DNA from: Octopus sinensis
Lineage: Eukaryota
DNA length: 64,000 nucleotides
Assembly: GCF_006345805.1 (NCBI RefSeq)
Contig: NC_042998.1
Span: 123,690,001 to 123,754,000 of the forward strand
Direction: 5' to 3'
Each line of letters opens with the position of its first letter. Positions within the stretch are counted from its first letter, which is position 1. The position numbers were made by a program, and so were the translations under genes. The notes beneath the pieces are model-generated. The model searched no databases, had not been told where the DNA came from, and saw only the letters and a list, made by a program, of their open reading frames with translations. Below are positions 1-15,684 of the stretch, one piece after another.

Positions 1-586
1 AATGAAATACAGAAATACGCAGAGAAAAGTGAGTAACCGAAGAGATGGAAAAAGACGTATAAAGTTAGAAGCAGAGAAAAAGTAGAAAAGGTGTGAAAGA
101 GGCTTGAAGATTAAGAAAGAGCAGAAAATGAAAAGTAGAGAAAATCAAACAGAAGCCCATAAATTGATTCACAGACAAAAGAAAACTAAAGATTTGCGAG
201 GGAAGAAAATAAGTGCCTGTGAAAGAAAGGAAATAAAGAAAGAATCGAAGTAATGCACACACAACACATACAACACACACACAAACACGAACACACACAC
301 GTACACACCTGCGAAGAAAATGTTATAGGAAAGCAAAAGTAGATATGTGTGTTGCCGCATGTACGAATGTACCTGTGTCTATGGACACTCGTTTATATGC
401 ATGTTCATGTGCCTATATCTATGTGTGTATGAGTGTCTGCGTGTGTGGATTTATGTTTTGTATATATAAAATTAGATTCAGATGAATATATAATATATTG
501 AGATAGATAGAAAAATAGAGATAGAAATATACACATAAATACGAATACGTGCATACATTCATGCATACATATGCACAAACACACAC

Positions 587-705
<119 letters not shown>

Positions 706-1090
706 GATAAATAGATAGATAGGTAGATAGATTGATAGATTTCATACAAAAGTATAATATATGTGCGCAAGTATGTGTGTGAGACAGAGAGAGAAAACAT
801 GTGAAGTAGGTCTACGTGAATATTTGCAAGTATGAATTAAAATTAAATGTAGTAATAAACAGTAAGGTATATACAAGGAAATCTGAAATTTTTGTCGAAG
901 TTGGAAATAATATCTCTATCTTGAAATTATATTTTTTTAAAATTATAACTCATTGTCTATGGCTTTGTAAAATTACAATTTCAGTAACAATTAATCAAAA
1001 GTAGTTTTTTTTATGTTGAAATAATTTATAGCGCATATATATATATATTATATATATGTGTGTGTGTGTATGTGTGTGTGTGTGTGTGTG

Positions 1091-1123
<33 letters not shown>

Positions 1124-1224
1124 TGTGTGTGTGTGTGTTTGGAGAAGAGGGAGAGATAAATAAATATGTTATAGATGTGTGGAGTTTACTTATTTTAACA
1201 TTATATTCAAGGTAACAACTTATA

Positions 1225-1760
1225 AAATTATTAACCATCTCACTAACAAGAATTAAGAGAATACCCTCCATCAAGTATTTGCTATATTCTGAACGCCTTA
1301 CTACCCTAGGCATGGATACATTGAAACTCCGACGTCTGGCGGCTGACTTGGTAGAGACCCATAAAATTATTAACCATCTTACTAGCAATAACTTTGAGCA
1401 CATTTTCAAACTCCACATGTCTAAAACCCATGGACATGTTTACAAAGTCAGAAAACAGCACAGCTCCCATGACTTTCGGAAACATTTTTTCACGCTAAGA
1501 GTTGCTGAAGCATGAAACAAGCAGCCGGCTTCAGTTGTTAGTTGTCGGAGCACTATATCCTTCAAAACTGCCATGCTTCCTGAGATTCGCCAACACTACA
1601 CCTGATTTTCTCCCCTTCATACACACGTGACTCATACACTGTTCACTTCCCAGACATTTGTACATTACTGCATATGTTTTATACGCACTTTTGACAAGTT
1701 GTGGTGCACCTGAGCACCGTATAGAATATTTTCATTATTATTATTATTATTATATTATTA

Positions 1761-1830
<70 letters not shown>

Positions 1831-1852
1831 GTTGTTGTTGTTATTATTATTA
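1225..1852 (+). mobile_element. 3' end of a CR1/L2-type LINE with (TTA)n tail
   Basis: ORF 1279-1515 reads YSERLTTLGMDTLKLRRLAADLVETHKI...FFTLRV, matching the CR1/L2 ORF2 C-terminal pattern Y.ERL..L....L..RR...DL...KI...FF..RV. A short 3' UTR and (TTA)n at ~1733-1852 follow. Confidence 0.85.
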
Positions 1853-2101
1853 TTTACGTATATGTTAAAAGTATAACTTGTCATAATTAGTAAATATATT
1901 TATACAGATTGTAGTTGTAACAAAGTATCTTCACAAAATGCCATGAGCTATGGCACGACGATTTTGGAGACGTTAGAGCATTTAGATTTTATGATAATTC
2001 GGCAGTATTGTCCAGTAACACAACGATTGTCTAGTGTGTGTGTATGCGTATACACGTACATACATACATACAGACAGACACAGACATCAAGATACCTGTA
2101 T

Positions 2102-2156
<55 letters not shown>

Positions 2157-2235
2157 TATATATACACATCTATATGTATTAAGTGCGCGTGTGTATATGC
2201 ATATATGTATATGTTAAGTATGAATATATGTATGA

Positions 2236-2275
<40 letters not shown>

Positions 2276-2916
2276 TAGCAAAGCCATTGTTAGAAAGAAT
2301 CACTGAAAGGAGTCATTGTTGGTGCAATGTGAGGCACTTACATGCCTCCTGAACCCGGCCAAAGATTTGCACATTCTATTACTTAATGCATACCCGTCCT
2401 GGCATGCAGAAGGAATAGGTGCCGCAGTATAAACTCTTTTGATGTGCCTTTTTTAATCCTCCAACTGAGAGGCACACCTATCCACAGGCTCCACAGTTTT
2501 TGTCGTGAACCATAGCCTTATCACAATTTCGCGTGGGACTATTCCTGTGAGTTCTCTATGTTAGTATGTGTATAAATATATGTATATGTGTGTTATTGTG
2601 TGTGTGTGTGTGTATATATGTATGTATGCTTGTGTGTGTCTGTATGTGTTTAAATATAATACTTTAAGAATTGAGATCTAACTTAAAGAAAAAAAGAATA
2701 AATTTCCTACTAGCTGAGTTCCACTTTTCGTTCTGAATTTCTTACACATAGGCAGTAGTGAAGAATCATTATTCTTATCTGATGATAGTAATATACTCCT
2801 ATCCATTTATCTTCCTTTATACACACACACACAACACAGCTGTGTGCGTAAATATTACACACACGCACAGACACATACACACACACACACACACACACTC
2901 TCTCTCTCTCTCTCTC

Positions 2917-2959
<43 letters not shown>

Positions 2960-5754
2960 TATATATATGTATGTATGTATGTATGGATGTGCGTATATAT
3001 ATTTAAAGATAATAATAGCCATAACGAAAACGACAATAATGAATACTTCTAGAATCTCGTTGATAGCATAACACCTGTCAAATTGTTATAGTCTTCTGTT
3101 CGTCATGCACCTCAAAATAATTGTAAATGAACCTCTATAATAGACCTCCTAAATCAATAACATAGTATTATTATATACATAATTATTCCCATTTTGTAGT
3201 CCAATTTTCTGCGCTCTACATACTACTATTGGCAAATTACCTCGTCGTTCAATTTCCTGTTTCCCAAAAAATATAAGGGTTGCAATCATCCTTTCTAAAC
3301 TTAGAAAATGTAAACCGGCTCGTTAGAGTTAGTTTCCCTAGCATATTGGTATTCTTTATTTTTTAATCGACGATAATAATATATTAATGTTCTATGATTT
3401 ATAGTAGTAATATATATGAATAAATACTCGCTAGTGCATCAATTTGAAAAAAAAAAAAATTATAACATTTTTTGAAAAGGTTATATATCTTTACTTTAAA
3501 TTTTATATATGCACTCCCACTTATAGTACTGATTTGAAAATATGAATTTCTCATACCTTAATTTCTAAATATAGAATCATGTTCAAATAATTTGTATCTT
3601 TACAGTTAACTCTCTTAATTTTCCAATATTTATCAAAGATCCAAAAACGATACAAACGGTGATTTCGGTACATCTTCCCATTTCTATTTTCCAATTACAT
3701 TAACTCAGAAGCATATGATCCAGCCCTTAACTACAATGTATAACCAAATTGCTTTTTTTCTATTAAGGTATTTGATAATATCAGAGACAAAATCTCGGTT
3801 CCTTAGTCAGTAATGCACTTTTTTGTCTTTAATGTTAATAATTATCTTATATTATGCAACACTATGTTCATTATTTAGGTTTATAATGTATTGTTCTTGA
3901 GAATAAGCATATCCTCACGTGGGAAATTATAGTCAATAGATAAACAAGTTCAAGTATTTGGGGCGGGGCGTATTATTTTTCATAACAACAAACACAGCAT
4001 TTGAACAATCATGATGTAGCTCAGAAGTTACAAAAGGCATCAGAAATTGTTTGTTTAAAATATTTTGCAAGAACACACGATGAGCTATTAGATGTGTAAT
4101 AAGTTACTGGCGGATCCTGTTAATAATCTCGTCAATACGTACGAAGTATGTCAATTGAAAGAAACCGCGATGAAAATCTTTAAAACAAAAGTGAAAAAAC
4201 GTCAGTAACACCGTTACAACTGTAATCTCCAGTCACACAAAACTATATAGTTTAACATATCAAAACCTTTTCTCTTTATTTATTTCTATGCTTATTTATT
4301 ACCTTTCTGCTGGTTAAAAATGTCGATATGGAATACTAAGACGAGAGCGAGACTATGATCAGCTGCCAAATCCTTTTCAGGGATGGTTTAAAACTATATG
4401 CTGTAAACCATCAAAGTTTAAGAATATATCTTTAGCATTGTCAAACAATTTAGCAAAATATTAAAATGTTGTTTGCAATAAAGAAATGTAAATAGTTAAA
4501 CATAAGACGTTAAAAAGAAAATATGAGTTTGTACTCTATGAAGAGAGAATACACTCAAATAATTCAATATATACTTGATCACAAATGCGAAAGGTATCAG
4601 AACAAAATGATGACTATTTTGTCAAATTCAAGACAATTTTAAGAACTCATCGCAATGGCAAAAGAAATTTATTTGCGTCAGTTTCAAAGCATAGCTCTTT
4701 GCTAGTTTAATGGCGCGTTAAAAAGTAAATACAATCAACTAATACCTGATACGTATATAGAAGCATTACATATTACACAATAAGTTTGCCACAAACCTAT
4801 ACATCAAAGAGAGGTGATTCCTGAGTTTCAGGAAACATTACAAGGAAACTGTCATGCCACCAACTACTTTTTTAGGTCCCAAGAACACCTTTTATATAAA
4901 TTTCATGGTGGTCAGAAAAACATAGCTAAGTCATTATACTCTCAGCAATAAGATTCATCTAAGAAAAGAGTTATGTTTTCGAACCAATTAAAACCTGAAG
5001 ACGCATTTACTTGGTTAATATTTCGAACAAACACTCTTTTGTATTAAAACTTCGCATGACTTAGAACATAAATAAAAAAAGAAAATACGAAAATATTATA
5101 TAGTATCATGGCGATCAGATGATTATTAGCACACGATTAACTTGAAAATATTCCCAGAAAGAATGATGATAACAGCGTGTAACTTATCGATATAACAATA
5201 CCGAATAGTTTGCGGAAGCGAGGTGAAAATTAAATGAATTACGTCGATCTAATTGTAGAATTTAACACCTTATAGCCGTTAAGTTATGCGTCAATCATCC
5301 CATTTTTAATTAGCTGAAGGATAATAGACCACTACTGTGAGGATAAGGTTACACACATGTACTTTCCATGAAATCACAATAATAGTTTTAGCACACAATA
5401 ATGCATCATTCTTACACTGTATTTATTAAACATGAATGCATAACCGAAATTACAAGAATTTTATTTTTTTGCCTAGTGCATTGATTTTAAAAAAATATTT
5501 TGCAAGAAGATTCCATTTAATATTTACATATTTCGTTGTAATAATAATGAGAATTACGATAACAATGGTAATATCAAATAGAATAAAAAATATGTCTGGT
5601 TCTTTATATCTTAAGCTCAACCTTGCATTTCAACTTTTCGAGGTCGATAAAATAATGTACCAGTATAGTACTGGTGTCGATGATATCAGCTAAACCTTTC
5701 CCATCGAAAATTGCAAGTATTTTGAATAATAATGCTAATACTACAACTAGCAAT

Positions 5755-7330
5755 GATTTTTTATTAACGACTAAAGGTTTACAAGAGGAGCAAGGGCGGT
5801 ACAGGAATATACAATACAATGTGGACGTACGTAAAAGCGAGTAATAAGTAAAATAACTGAAACAGAGAAACAAAATATAAATCAAGAAATAATTCTGCCA
5901 AAGAGAGAAGTTTCCGTGAGTTCCTCTTAGAAACCCCACAAAATATTGGTCAAGTTGACCACTAGTGCAAGAGCACTCTCACCACTCTACTCTCTTGATC
6001 TACAGGTGCATGTTCTGGAACAGACCAGCCAGATAATTGTCGTAGACGACCAGAATATCGTTGAAGACTTCGTTGCACTTCTTTGAGCACCAATGTGAAA
6101 CTTCAACCGAATGCATTTCCGACTGAGAGAGGGCTGTGAATGCCAGACAAAACTCAAGGCACCAGGCACCCTGCCTTGGTATACGTTTGATCCAGGTTAC
6201 AGCTCAGTCATAGGGACGAGCTGTTGAAAAGCAAGTCTGATGAACACCGACTACACCTGCTTACCGTCAATGAAACTCTGGAGATATCGTAGGTCCAGCG
6301 AATGTCTATAATTCATCAGCTACGGCATGGTCATTCCTCCACTTAGAGGGCGTTGGAAACAAATGGAGTGACTGATTTGTGGAACACATCCCTTCCGCAG
6401 AAAGCGAATGACTAAGCGTTTCCATTTCGGTGAATCGTGAACCGGTTTAAAGTAAAACGGTCAGGCGGTAATATATGACGAAGCTGATGTAATCATTCCC
6501 CAACACCGCTTAGCCTTTCAGGAATCGTTTTCTCTTCGCCCATGCCTAGGTGAGACTGACCACTCTGCTCGTCATCTCGTCCCAGTAATTCTCCACTTGT
6601 TATTCTGACCCGGAGTAGTTTAAACGGTCAGTTCATTCAGCACTCCATGACACTGTTGTACGGTACGGACCTACTCCTCCGAGTGCCCAGTTGCAAGCTC
6701 TCTGACTTTTCTTTGATTTTGCTCTGGGCACCGACTCCAAGTCACTTTGAGCAGGGCTGAACACATCGATTTGCTTGACAGTAACCTTCATCCATATACA
6801 ACATGGTTCTTCCAAGTTCTAGCTCACGCAGGATGTTACTGAATGTCTGTAGTTTCCGCACGACATGCCCAAGTATTAGTGCATACAGAGTAGACGAGAA
6901 ACAATAACCTGGACCAACCAATGTGCAAGACATTGAACAGTACCGATAGGTGACCATAGACCCAGAACACGGAAAAGATATCGAAGAACATTGCGGTAAT
7001 CCAAAAGCGGAAGCAGAGACCGAAACCGGCTACCGTGAGAATAGCCACCAAGTATTGGTTGTCGAACTTATCAAGAACTTTTGATCGCTCTAATATTGAT
7101 TAGGGTCACACTCGTGATAAGTCTTTAGCCAACTTCTCATTGATGTTTGATATGAAGTGGAGGTTGTCATGGATATATCTTTGCTAACAATTTGGTCAAA
7201 AGTTTGAAATCTGCGTTTCACAGAATTATGGACCTAAAATTATCAATGTAATTCCCATTTTATGGGTCTTTTATCAGCATCGCTACTCATCCTTGACATA
7301 CAGAACTGGGAATTCTACCATTTCTGCTGC
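5755..7330 (-). mobile_element. Degenerate L1/Tx1-clade LINE ORF2 (reverse transcriptase) with 3' end
   Basis: Minus-strand translation across frameshifts: IDNFRSIIL*NADFKLLTKLLAK (cf. NFRPI.LLN.D.KI..K); LERSKVLDKFDNQYLVAILTVAGFG...WITAM (cf. LDQ.KAFDRVD); GYCFSSTLYALILGHVVRKL (cf. QGCPLSPLLY.LALEPL.RKL); LYMDE (cf. YADD). AATAAA/A-rich end near 5760. Confidence 0.8.
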
Positions 7331-7959
7331 TTGTTGCGGTTGTTACCTGATACAAGCTCTCCCAACAAGTATGGTATATAAAAGTAAATATTGCGCCTGA
7401 ACTCCGAGGATGCAATCTTGGTGCTTTGCGTCAAGGAATTGGTAATGGGCCAACCTCGCCACAAGCACATCAATTTTCTAAGCACCTTTTCTAAGTTTCC
7501 AACTAAGCCTTCTATTCATTTTCTTTTTCGCTACGACATTACTAAACATTATTATATTTATTCGAATAACTTTTTCAAGGCGATTGCTTCCTTTGTACCT
7601 TCTAAAGTAATTCACTAATCTGGTCTCTATAAACTCGTTATACAAGGATTGAGGCGTTCAACTTCCAGTAACTGTGTCCCTACCTACGAATGCTATCTGG
7701 ATAGACCGTACAGATCAAAAATTCTAGGATACTGTAAACGACATTTTTAAAATGTGGGCATCCTGTGCTATTCTTATCTACAGAATATTTTAAAAGGGCT
7801 GCGATGAAAGAACTGTACTGTAAATGTAATGGCACGAGTTTAAAACATAAAAGATACAAATATTTTTAATTAGTAAAATAATTACTTTAAAACAACGATT
7901 AAAACAAAAATTATATGTAAAGTTTTGATCTTATACTTTTGTTGATTCGGATACCAGAC

Positions 7960-8640
7960 TTCTACGGTTATATTTTCATTATACGAATCCTTTGATGCTG
8001 GTGTTTCTAGAATCCTCTGTGAAGAGTGACTTGGTCGGAGTGAAAGGCCCTTATCTGGTGAAGAGATTACATGTAAAGTTATATGTTGTAGAGTAATTTT
8101 TCAAATCGTTATTTGTTTGTTTTTTAGATTTAATCTCATCTACCATCGACTTTCGAATCGTTTGGTTTGTTTTGTTGCAGTCCAAATATGTGTACTACGA
8201 ATTTGTATTGCCTATTTTGAATGTCTGTGAAAATCGTTTCAATTGGGAAGTCGATGTATTTCCCTCCCTTGGTATGGGCTAACTTTGAAAGGAGGTAGAA
8301 TCTTCCTCATACAATTGGTACTCTTCTTCAAGAGAGGTAGAATCACTTTCATAGGAAGAAGAAAGAGAAGAGAAATTCTCTCCTTCGCGTGAAAGGAGAA
8401 CACTCTTCTCCTTCGAATGACTCGCCTCATCACCTGCAGTGTATACTGTCAATATTTCTTTATTACTTCTTTAAACACTTTCGTTTTGTTTGCTTCTGTT
8501 AATACGTCTTCCAACCGACCATCCTGTTTGGGTTTAATAGACAGGCTCTTGTCACACTGCATAAAAAAGCAACGAACTAAGTATATGTCCATTAGATATC
8601 TATAACTAACGGTATGGTTTAGGAGATACATAGTTCAAAT
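7960..8640 (-). mobile_element. Possible decayed ORF1 region of the same L1/Tx1 element
   Basis: Coding-like, acidic Ser/Glu-rich minus-strand frames lie upstream of and co-oriented with the RT remnant. There is no intact diagnostic motif. Confidence 0.25.
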
Positions 8641-10210
8641 AAAAGTTATATATACATGGTCCTGACATATGCTGTACATTTTTGCTCTAAATGAATGCAA
8701 AAATATTCACTACTTATTGCTTTTCTATGAAAAATTCACCCTTAATTTATAATAGTCATTTGAAGTAATGCTTCGCTTAAAGAAACAAGTAAATAATTAT
8801 ATATGTGTTGTGTGTGTATATGTCTGTGCATGTGTGTGTGTGAGTGTGTGTGCGTACGTTTGGGAGCTAGGTGTGTGTACATTTTACTTTGGAATACGTC
8901 TAAGATTTTTTTCATGCCGGATTCAAGACAGCACTTGGGGTTTGTAGGTTTCCCGATGTGTGTATCTGTGTATATATGTGCGCAGTGTATAAACTTGCGC
9001 TCGTGTAACGGTTGTTCATGTCATATTAGTACACAATTGTGTGTATTTGTGAATCTGTGTTTGTGTGTGTGTGTATGAGAGTCTGTGTGTGTGTATATAT
9101 ATATATGTACGTGTGTGTGAGTGTATATATTATATATATATATGTGCATGTGTATGAGTCTGCGTATGTGTGTATGGGTGTATGTATTTGTGTGAGTTTA
9201 TATAAGTGTATGAGTATTTGTGTATGTGTGTATGAGCGTGTGTATGTATGAGTGTATGTGCGTTTATGACTGTGTATGTGTGCATGTATGAGTGTGTGTG
9301 TGTGTGTGTATGTGTGTGTGTGTTTGTGTGATTGTATGTTTCATTACTGAATATTGAGATGTTATGCACACTCAGTGATTATGTCAAGCTATCCAACCTA
9401 TGATGAATATAAATTTGACTACATTACAAAGAAACGTAAGATTTCTTAGTGAACTATAATGTGAGCCCTTCCTTTCTTCGGGAGTTCCTAGTGATTAATA
9501 TACCAACTAATCAATCATTAAGTTAATAACTGCCATTAAACAATGGACTATCTTTAGTTCAACAGCTACTAACAAGTAAATGGTCAAGCCAACTTTTGGT
9601 AAATACCACATATTTTCTTTGTTGCTTTGTCAGAGCCATTATTACTGTTTGTATAATTCACAGCGATACAAGTTCATTGCAACGACTATCTGTGGAGTTG
9701 ATGTCAAAGTAGATCAATTAATATTGTACTGTTTCGAATCATGTCCGTCTCTCTACTGTATATACTGTATGTGCATGCTTATGTAGACACGTAAGATGTA
9801 TATGTATATGAGTATATGTGTATATATATTTATGAAACTGAAACAATAATAGAAAACAGATTATTAGGTTCTTGGACCCTGGCGTTCTTCACTTAGTCGT
9901 TCATTTTAATAACTTAATATTAATAAAAGCATCTCATTCGCAAAGTTTATTGAAATCTAACAAGGTTTTAATATCATCCTTTTATTCTCGATAATCATGC
10001 AGAACAGAGAAATAAAATGAGATATTAGTGACGAAATCTGTATTAATACCGAATGGCAATCTTTCTATCCAACCTAACATGGTTTTGTTATTACAATGCA
10101 ATGTTACTGCTGTATCCGACTTATGAGCTCATTTCATATAGACGTAATGCACTAAGAAGCACAAGCATATCGTTAGCAGACGAGAATCGCCTAGCGTAGG
10201 TGGTGGAATA

Positions 10211-10253
10211 GCTAGATCACGTGATTTCTGCGTACATGTATTTCATCAGTAGC
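10211..10253 (-). ncRNA. Type I hammerhead ribozyme (stem II base damaged)
   Basis: Minus strand: gcta-CTGATGA-aatacatgtacgca-GAAA-tcacgtga-TC-tagc. Stem I is gcta/tagc and stem III is palindromic. It lies just 3' of a co-oriented PLE. Confidence 0.75.
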
Positions 10254-10319
10254 AAACGTACATTCTGGAAAGGTATACTAGTTCAACGCAAAGGGAAGCA
10301 TCGACGAACATGACACTCT

Positions 10320-11960
10320 GGTATTTTTTTGTTGCCCTACCAATTGTTTGCCTTATTTATCTTATTACTGGTCCTTTCTGTCCTCTTCCAGGATTTACTC
10401 TTGTATAGCGGGCAGATCCCCTTGGCATCACTCTCTATAATGGCCTTGTACTTAGTCCTGACGCCTTTGCACACTCTAATTCTGTCACTTTGGTTGTAGC
10501 CAGAGAATTGCATGCGGTGGATCAAGTGTTATATGTGTCTTTCCAATTCCATAGGGTCGCACTTACGAGACACATTTCTCATCACACTCACCAAGTCAGC
10601 TACGAGAATGTTGAACTTGGCGTTGTCTGCAATAGCTGCTTACTTTTGAACAAGGTACTTAGAGGCCATGTTTTTGGCATAATGAGAGTGAGGGATCTGG
10701 ACCTTATCGTTCTTCATTTTTAGCCACAGTTCAGAGTCTAAAACGGGTAATGTATAGTTAGGGGGATTACTAGGGTAGTCTATCGTTATTTCTGTACTCT
10801 GGGGGATGGAATTAGCTATTTGCTGGATGTTCTCCACAGTATTGGCTTCTAGATCATTAACATTGTCTTGTAGGGATGCTTTGGCTATTATGTTGATATC
10901 ATTCACGTAGTGGGAGTATATGGTCAGGTTTATGGAGTTTGCTGCTAATTTCTCTTTAAGTCTCCTATCTCACCATACCATAAAAAGGTTAACCACATCG
11001 CAAGAGAAACTGACACCGATGGCTGCACCTTCGTCGTGGGCGTATATCTTCTTATTAAACTTAAATATATGGCCCTTGAGTGTGGTCTTGGTACTCGCAC
11101 CCACCGCATGTGCGACTATCTTTTTAATCTGATCTTTATTTTCGGTGGTCCGTACAGTTCTCTTTTGGGGTTTTCTTGGCCATAGAAGTTATAGTTGGGG
11201 GTCTACCTCTTATCGATCTTGTGGTGCAGAAACAACTAAAGTGATGTTTATCTAAGTAGTTATTGTGGCATGCCAGTCTCAGGAGGAGGCCTAGTTCTTC
11301 AGTGTCAACACCACGGAACTCCACATGGCTCTCGCTCATCACATTCGCACATTTGTCCACAGCAATATCAACATCAATGGATAGATATAGGGAGATTACA
11401 TCCATACTTTTTATTATGCATCCTGTTAGATCATAGGCATGGTTACAATCATTGATTCTGCTGGGGAAGTCCTCCTTACGGTCACACACATCTGGGGAAA
11501 TTTTTATCAGAGGGCCTATGCTCATTGCGAAGAAGTAGATCTGGTAGTTGTTGGCAACATTGGCTCCGCAGACCGGTCACGTCGGTGGTCCTGTGATTGG
11601 GTCATTGATCATCTCATGGTCCTTGCGTAGTCAATACAGTGACGGGATGTCGTAGTTGGCGCCCTGAAAGTTGTTGGCCATGCGCTTCTTTACCCCTAGG
11701 ATGTTTAACTACATCTTCATATGAGCATTGAAGAACTCTCGTTCTCCTAACTCCCGTATCGTTGTTTCCTCCACATTGGTGATGTGGGGCTGCATTGCCT
11801 GGATGTAGTTCAGTAGGATGTCCACCGACATCCTGCAGGACCTTGTGCGCTGTATCGGCCTGCGCAAGCCACCTACGGACTTCATGTCGAGTTGTTGAGC
11901 CTCTCTACCACTCCGTCTACTATGGTACAGTTTTGGCTATGGTGAAGCGTGCTTCTATAT
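10320..11960 (-). mobile_element. Penelope-like element reverse transcriptase remnant
   Basis: SMDVISLYLSID (RT motif A); EGAAIGVSFSCDVVNLFMVW*DR; HYVNDINII (cf. RYVDD); IANSIPQSTEITIDYPS..LPVLDSELW..HYAKNMAS; RMQFSGY thumb motif. Multiple stops and frameshifts. Confidence 0.85.
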
Positions 11961-12529
11961 CGTCATTTGTCAGTTGAGAGATACAAACTCTTTTGTTGAA
12001 CGACTAACAATATTAGCAACAACATGCAGCAGCAGCAATGACAACGATGACAATAACAACAACAACCACTACCATGATGACAACACCGTGGGCGAACACA
12101 TACACAGAAGAATACAGGAACTGTACCTTATTTTTAGGGTCTTAGGACAGCAGCAGCACAATGGAGTGAGAGGATAGCGTTGCTGTGGGGAAGCCCACAC
12201 TGCTGCTACAATCTATGACACGTATACAAGCATACACATACACATATGCACATCCGCACACGCACACACACACATACACACACACACACACATACACACA
12301 CACACACACAAACAAACAAAACAAGTAAGGACACAAACGCATGCGCACATAAGTATACACACCTTAGAAGAACAGAATGGAGTAAGAGGAACATGAACTC
12401 ACACGAAAACAAAAAGTGTTGCTGAAGAGGTCAGAGATGTGAGACGAAAGATATCCGGACAATGGATATAAGTTAAAATTTGGCAACCCCCCCCCAAAAA
12501 AAAGGTGACCATCCCGAAATACAACAATA

Positions 12530-12625
12530 TAAAAACTACTGTGGTCGATTAGTTCAATGAAATTCTTCAAGGCGGTACTCCAGTATGGCCGTAGTCTAAT
12601 GTCTGAAACAAGTAAAAGATAAAAC
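12530..12625 (+). mobile_element. 3' tail fragment of the CORE-type tRNA-derived SINE
   Basis: aaggcggtactccagtatggccgtagtctaatgtctgaaacaagtaaaag closely matches the reverse complement of the tail of the copy at 44335-44778. Confidence 0.65.
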
Positions 12626-12802
12626 TTGAATAAAAGATATACATCAATTTATTATTTATTTATTTATTTATTTTTATGTGTCTGTATATTTTAATACTGT
12701 ATATACATACGTATATACGTTTTTGAGCATGTACGTTTGTGTATATGAGTTCCTTTATGTCTGGCGCCTGCATCTATGTATGTATGTGTGTATGTATGTA
12801 TG

Positions 12803-12836
<34 letters not shown>

Positions 12837-13184
12837 TGTATCTATGTGTGTGTATTTATATGCATATATGAGGAGGGGTGCTTATGCGTCTACATTTGCA
12901 TGCATAAAAACATGTATTTTATAAGTACTTTCATATATATTTGTGTGTGCACGTGTGCATAAGTCTATGTGTATGTGCGTGTCTTTGTACGTGTGTGCAG
13001 ACACACATACGTTGATGTGAATACACCTAATATGTTTGGAAAATGCTTGTTTCACTATAATGGAACATATATACATTATATATATATATATATATATATG
13101 CATGTATCTCTATGTGAAGAGGAAAAACGCGTGTGTGAAAGAGTGAGAGAAAGAGAAGAAGAATATGATATACATACATGCATA

Positions 13185-13246
<62 letters not shown>

Positions 13247-15596
13247 ATATATATAATATATATATATATATATACATATATACACATAAATACATACATA
13301 CACACATACACATATAACTAGATATGTGACCATGCCTCTGTGGAAAACCCTTGATCTCCAAAACCCTTGTAATGTTGTTAAATTAGTCAATGGTTACAAT
13401 TCGGTTTGAGATCTAAGTAATACATCTCTGTTGTTATAGCCATCAAAATACACATAAACCCTATTTCTCGCTTTTGTTATTGCTCTTCTCTTATATATAG
13501 CAATGTTTTGTGGTTACTACTTGCACAGACATCAATACATAATCCTTTCTATTAAAACCAATGATATTTCATTCGTGGCATATCACATTCTTGGAAGTTT
13601 AAAATGGTAATATATCAAACTGTGTGTTATTCAGAAACATATTTATTTCATTTTCCTTCAGTTGTATATTGCAGAAGTCGGAAAAACAATTTTTTCATAA
13701 TACTTAGGAACACTGTTTGAATTTAATATTTGATATTAAGGCTTTAAAGCATTTTCCTGATCTATGTCAGCTACTTGTAATCCTTTTGTTAGACTAAGCT
13801 ATTTTAGGGGCAATTTATGCAAATATATGCGAAATATTACAAAGGAATGTATCGTAAGACTTGCGTGAAATAGGAAGCGAGAAGGCAATAAATTCTAGGG
13901 ATATATACAACACTTTCAGAAGGTGATGGGGAACAACAGTTATTTGACATGCCCAAAAAATATTGCAATGATGAGGGACATGAAATATATGCATAAATAT
14001 AATATACGAAAACAACTTCATAATGTTTAGAAAGACACATGAAATAATATGTGTTAGAAAATCCAGGGTTGACTATTGTGAAAAATTTTACAGTCGTGTA
14101 ATATACATTTATGGCTCTATTGAAGTTTAGAGGTAACCTTTCCGATAAAAGTTACCAATATTTACAACTAACTGAATTCAATATAATCACTTTGGACTTC
14201 TTTTAGTTAATCATTAGCTTTATGCATCTTGGAAATTAGTATTATTACTATTCTAAAGGAATATATTGGGAAATAGTTCTTCAGATTTTTCATTTCGAGT
14301 AGTCTTAAAGCCTTTCGTTCATAAATTGTGCTTGCACACTCCTTATTCTACTGAGCATCACCCTGCCGTATATAAAATAACACGATCTTTTACGTAATTT
14401 TCTTAAACGTATTGAAATTAACCATGCACGGCTACTGATCAGTCGTCAATTCCTCTCTAGACCGTACTTGAAGCAGTGAAATATATCGTTTACAGTACAT
14501 ATATAAACACTATTGTTGAAAATTAATGGTTTTGATCACATACAGTGTTGTTACGAATCTTCTACTTTCTCATTAGTTGCTAGAAATATCTATGAATACT
14601 CATTTGCACCAGTAATTTAACACTTATGAAAAAAATGATTTCGCTCAGATGACGTTATTGTTCAATTTTAAGTCAGAAGTAGTTCCAATAATGTAAACAT
14701 TATCGATGTTAAATGCTTATTGTGCATGTTTTGATTAAACGCTTTCAGGCTACGGTATTTCGTCCTAGGAGAATCCTTTTAATACGTAGATTGTTAAAGA
14801 AAAATAACACCGACTAACTCAAAACCAGGCGATAAAAATAGCCTCGTTTTGGGATATTCAGTGTTTGATAACAAACTATTATCTTAAAGGAAGTTTCTCT
14901 GACCAACATGCCCAGGCCTAATAACGCTTAAACAAGACATATGCTTTAATTTATCCTTTATAGTTACTGAATAGGTGACAATAGCAAATGTTCAAGAAGT
15001 TTAATGACAATAGGCTACAACATTTGTGTCAGATGTTGGAAACCTACTAGCAATAGATTATCCACTACATGTGAAAAAACTTGTAAATATTTTGATCAGC
15101 CTGCCCTACATTGCTTGATAAATTTTGAAATCGGTTGAATCGAGGCCACTATGTGTAAGTAATCATTTTATATGCACTACTTACATGTTTACTACTTCTT
15201 TGATTTTTTCGGCAGAAGAGATGAATTGCTTAAGAGACTGGATATTATTTAAATTTGTATTAACGAATCTGAAAATACCAAACTATGCAAAGCGTTCTTT
15301 GCCAAGAATATTGATTTGGCTTTCATTAGCTAACCAAGGTTTCTTTGTGGCGAACCAATGCGTTTGCCTTAGTTGCATTGTTGAAAAAATAAAAATAGAC
15401 GTCAGTAATTCAGTTGAAAGAAGAATGTGATCAAAGGGAAATATTTATGTTCTACTAAATTTCAAGCGTATTTTAAAATTCAATGATTACAATTCTATGA
15501 AAAGTACCTTCTCTCTTTCTCTGTGACTCTCTGTCTCTCTTTCAGTCTGCCTTTTGCCCCTGTCAGTCTTTCTCTTTCTTTCTTTCTTTCTTTCTT

Positions 15597-15684
<88 letters not shown>

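Noticed and set aside
12415-12462. CTGAAGA..gtc/gac..GAAA-gatatc hammerhead-like motif
   Set aside because: There is no proper UH cleavage site combined with a convincing stem I. It is at best a heavily decayed copy.
13800-15430. Coding-like AT-rich stretch, possibly a Mutator-type transposase remnant
   Set aside because: Too many stops and no diagnostic motif that I can support.
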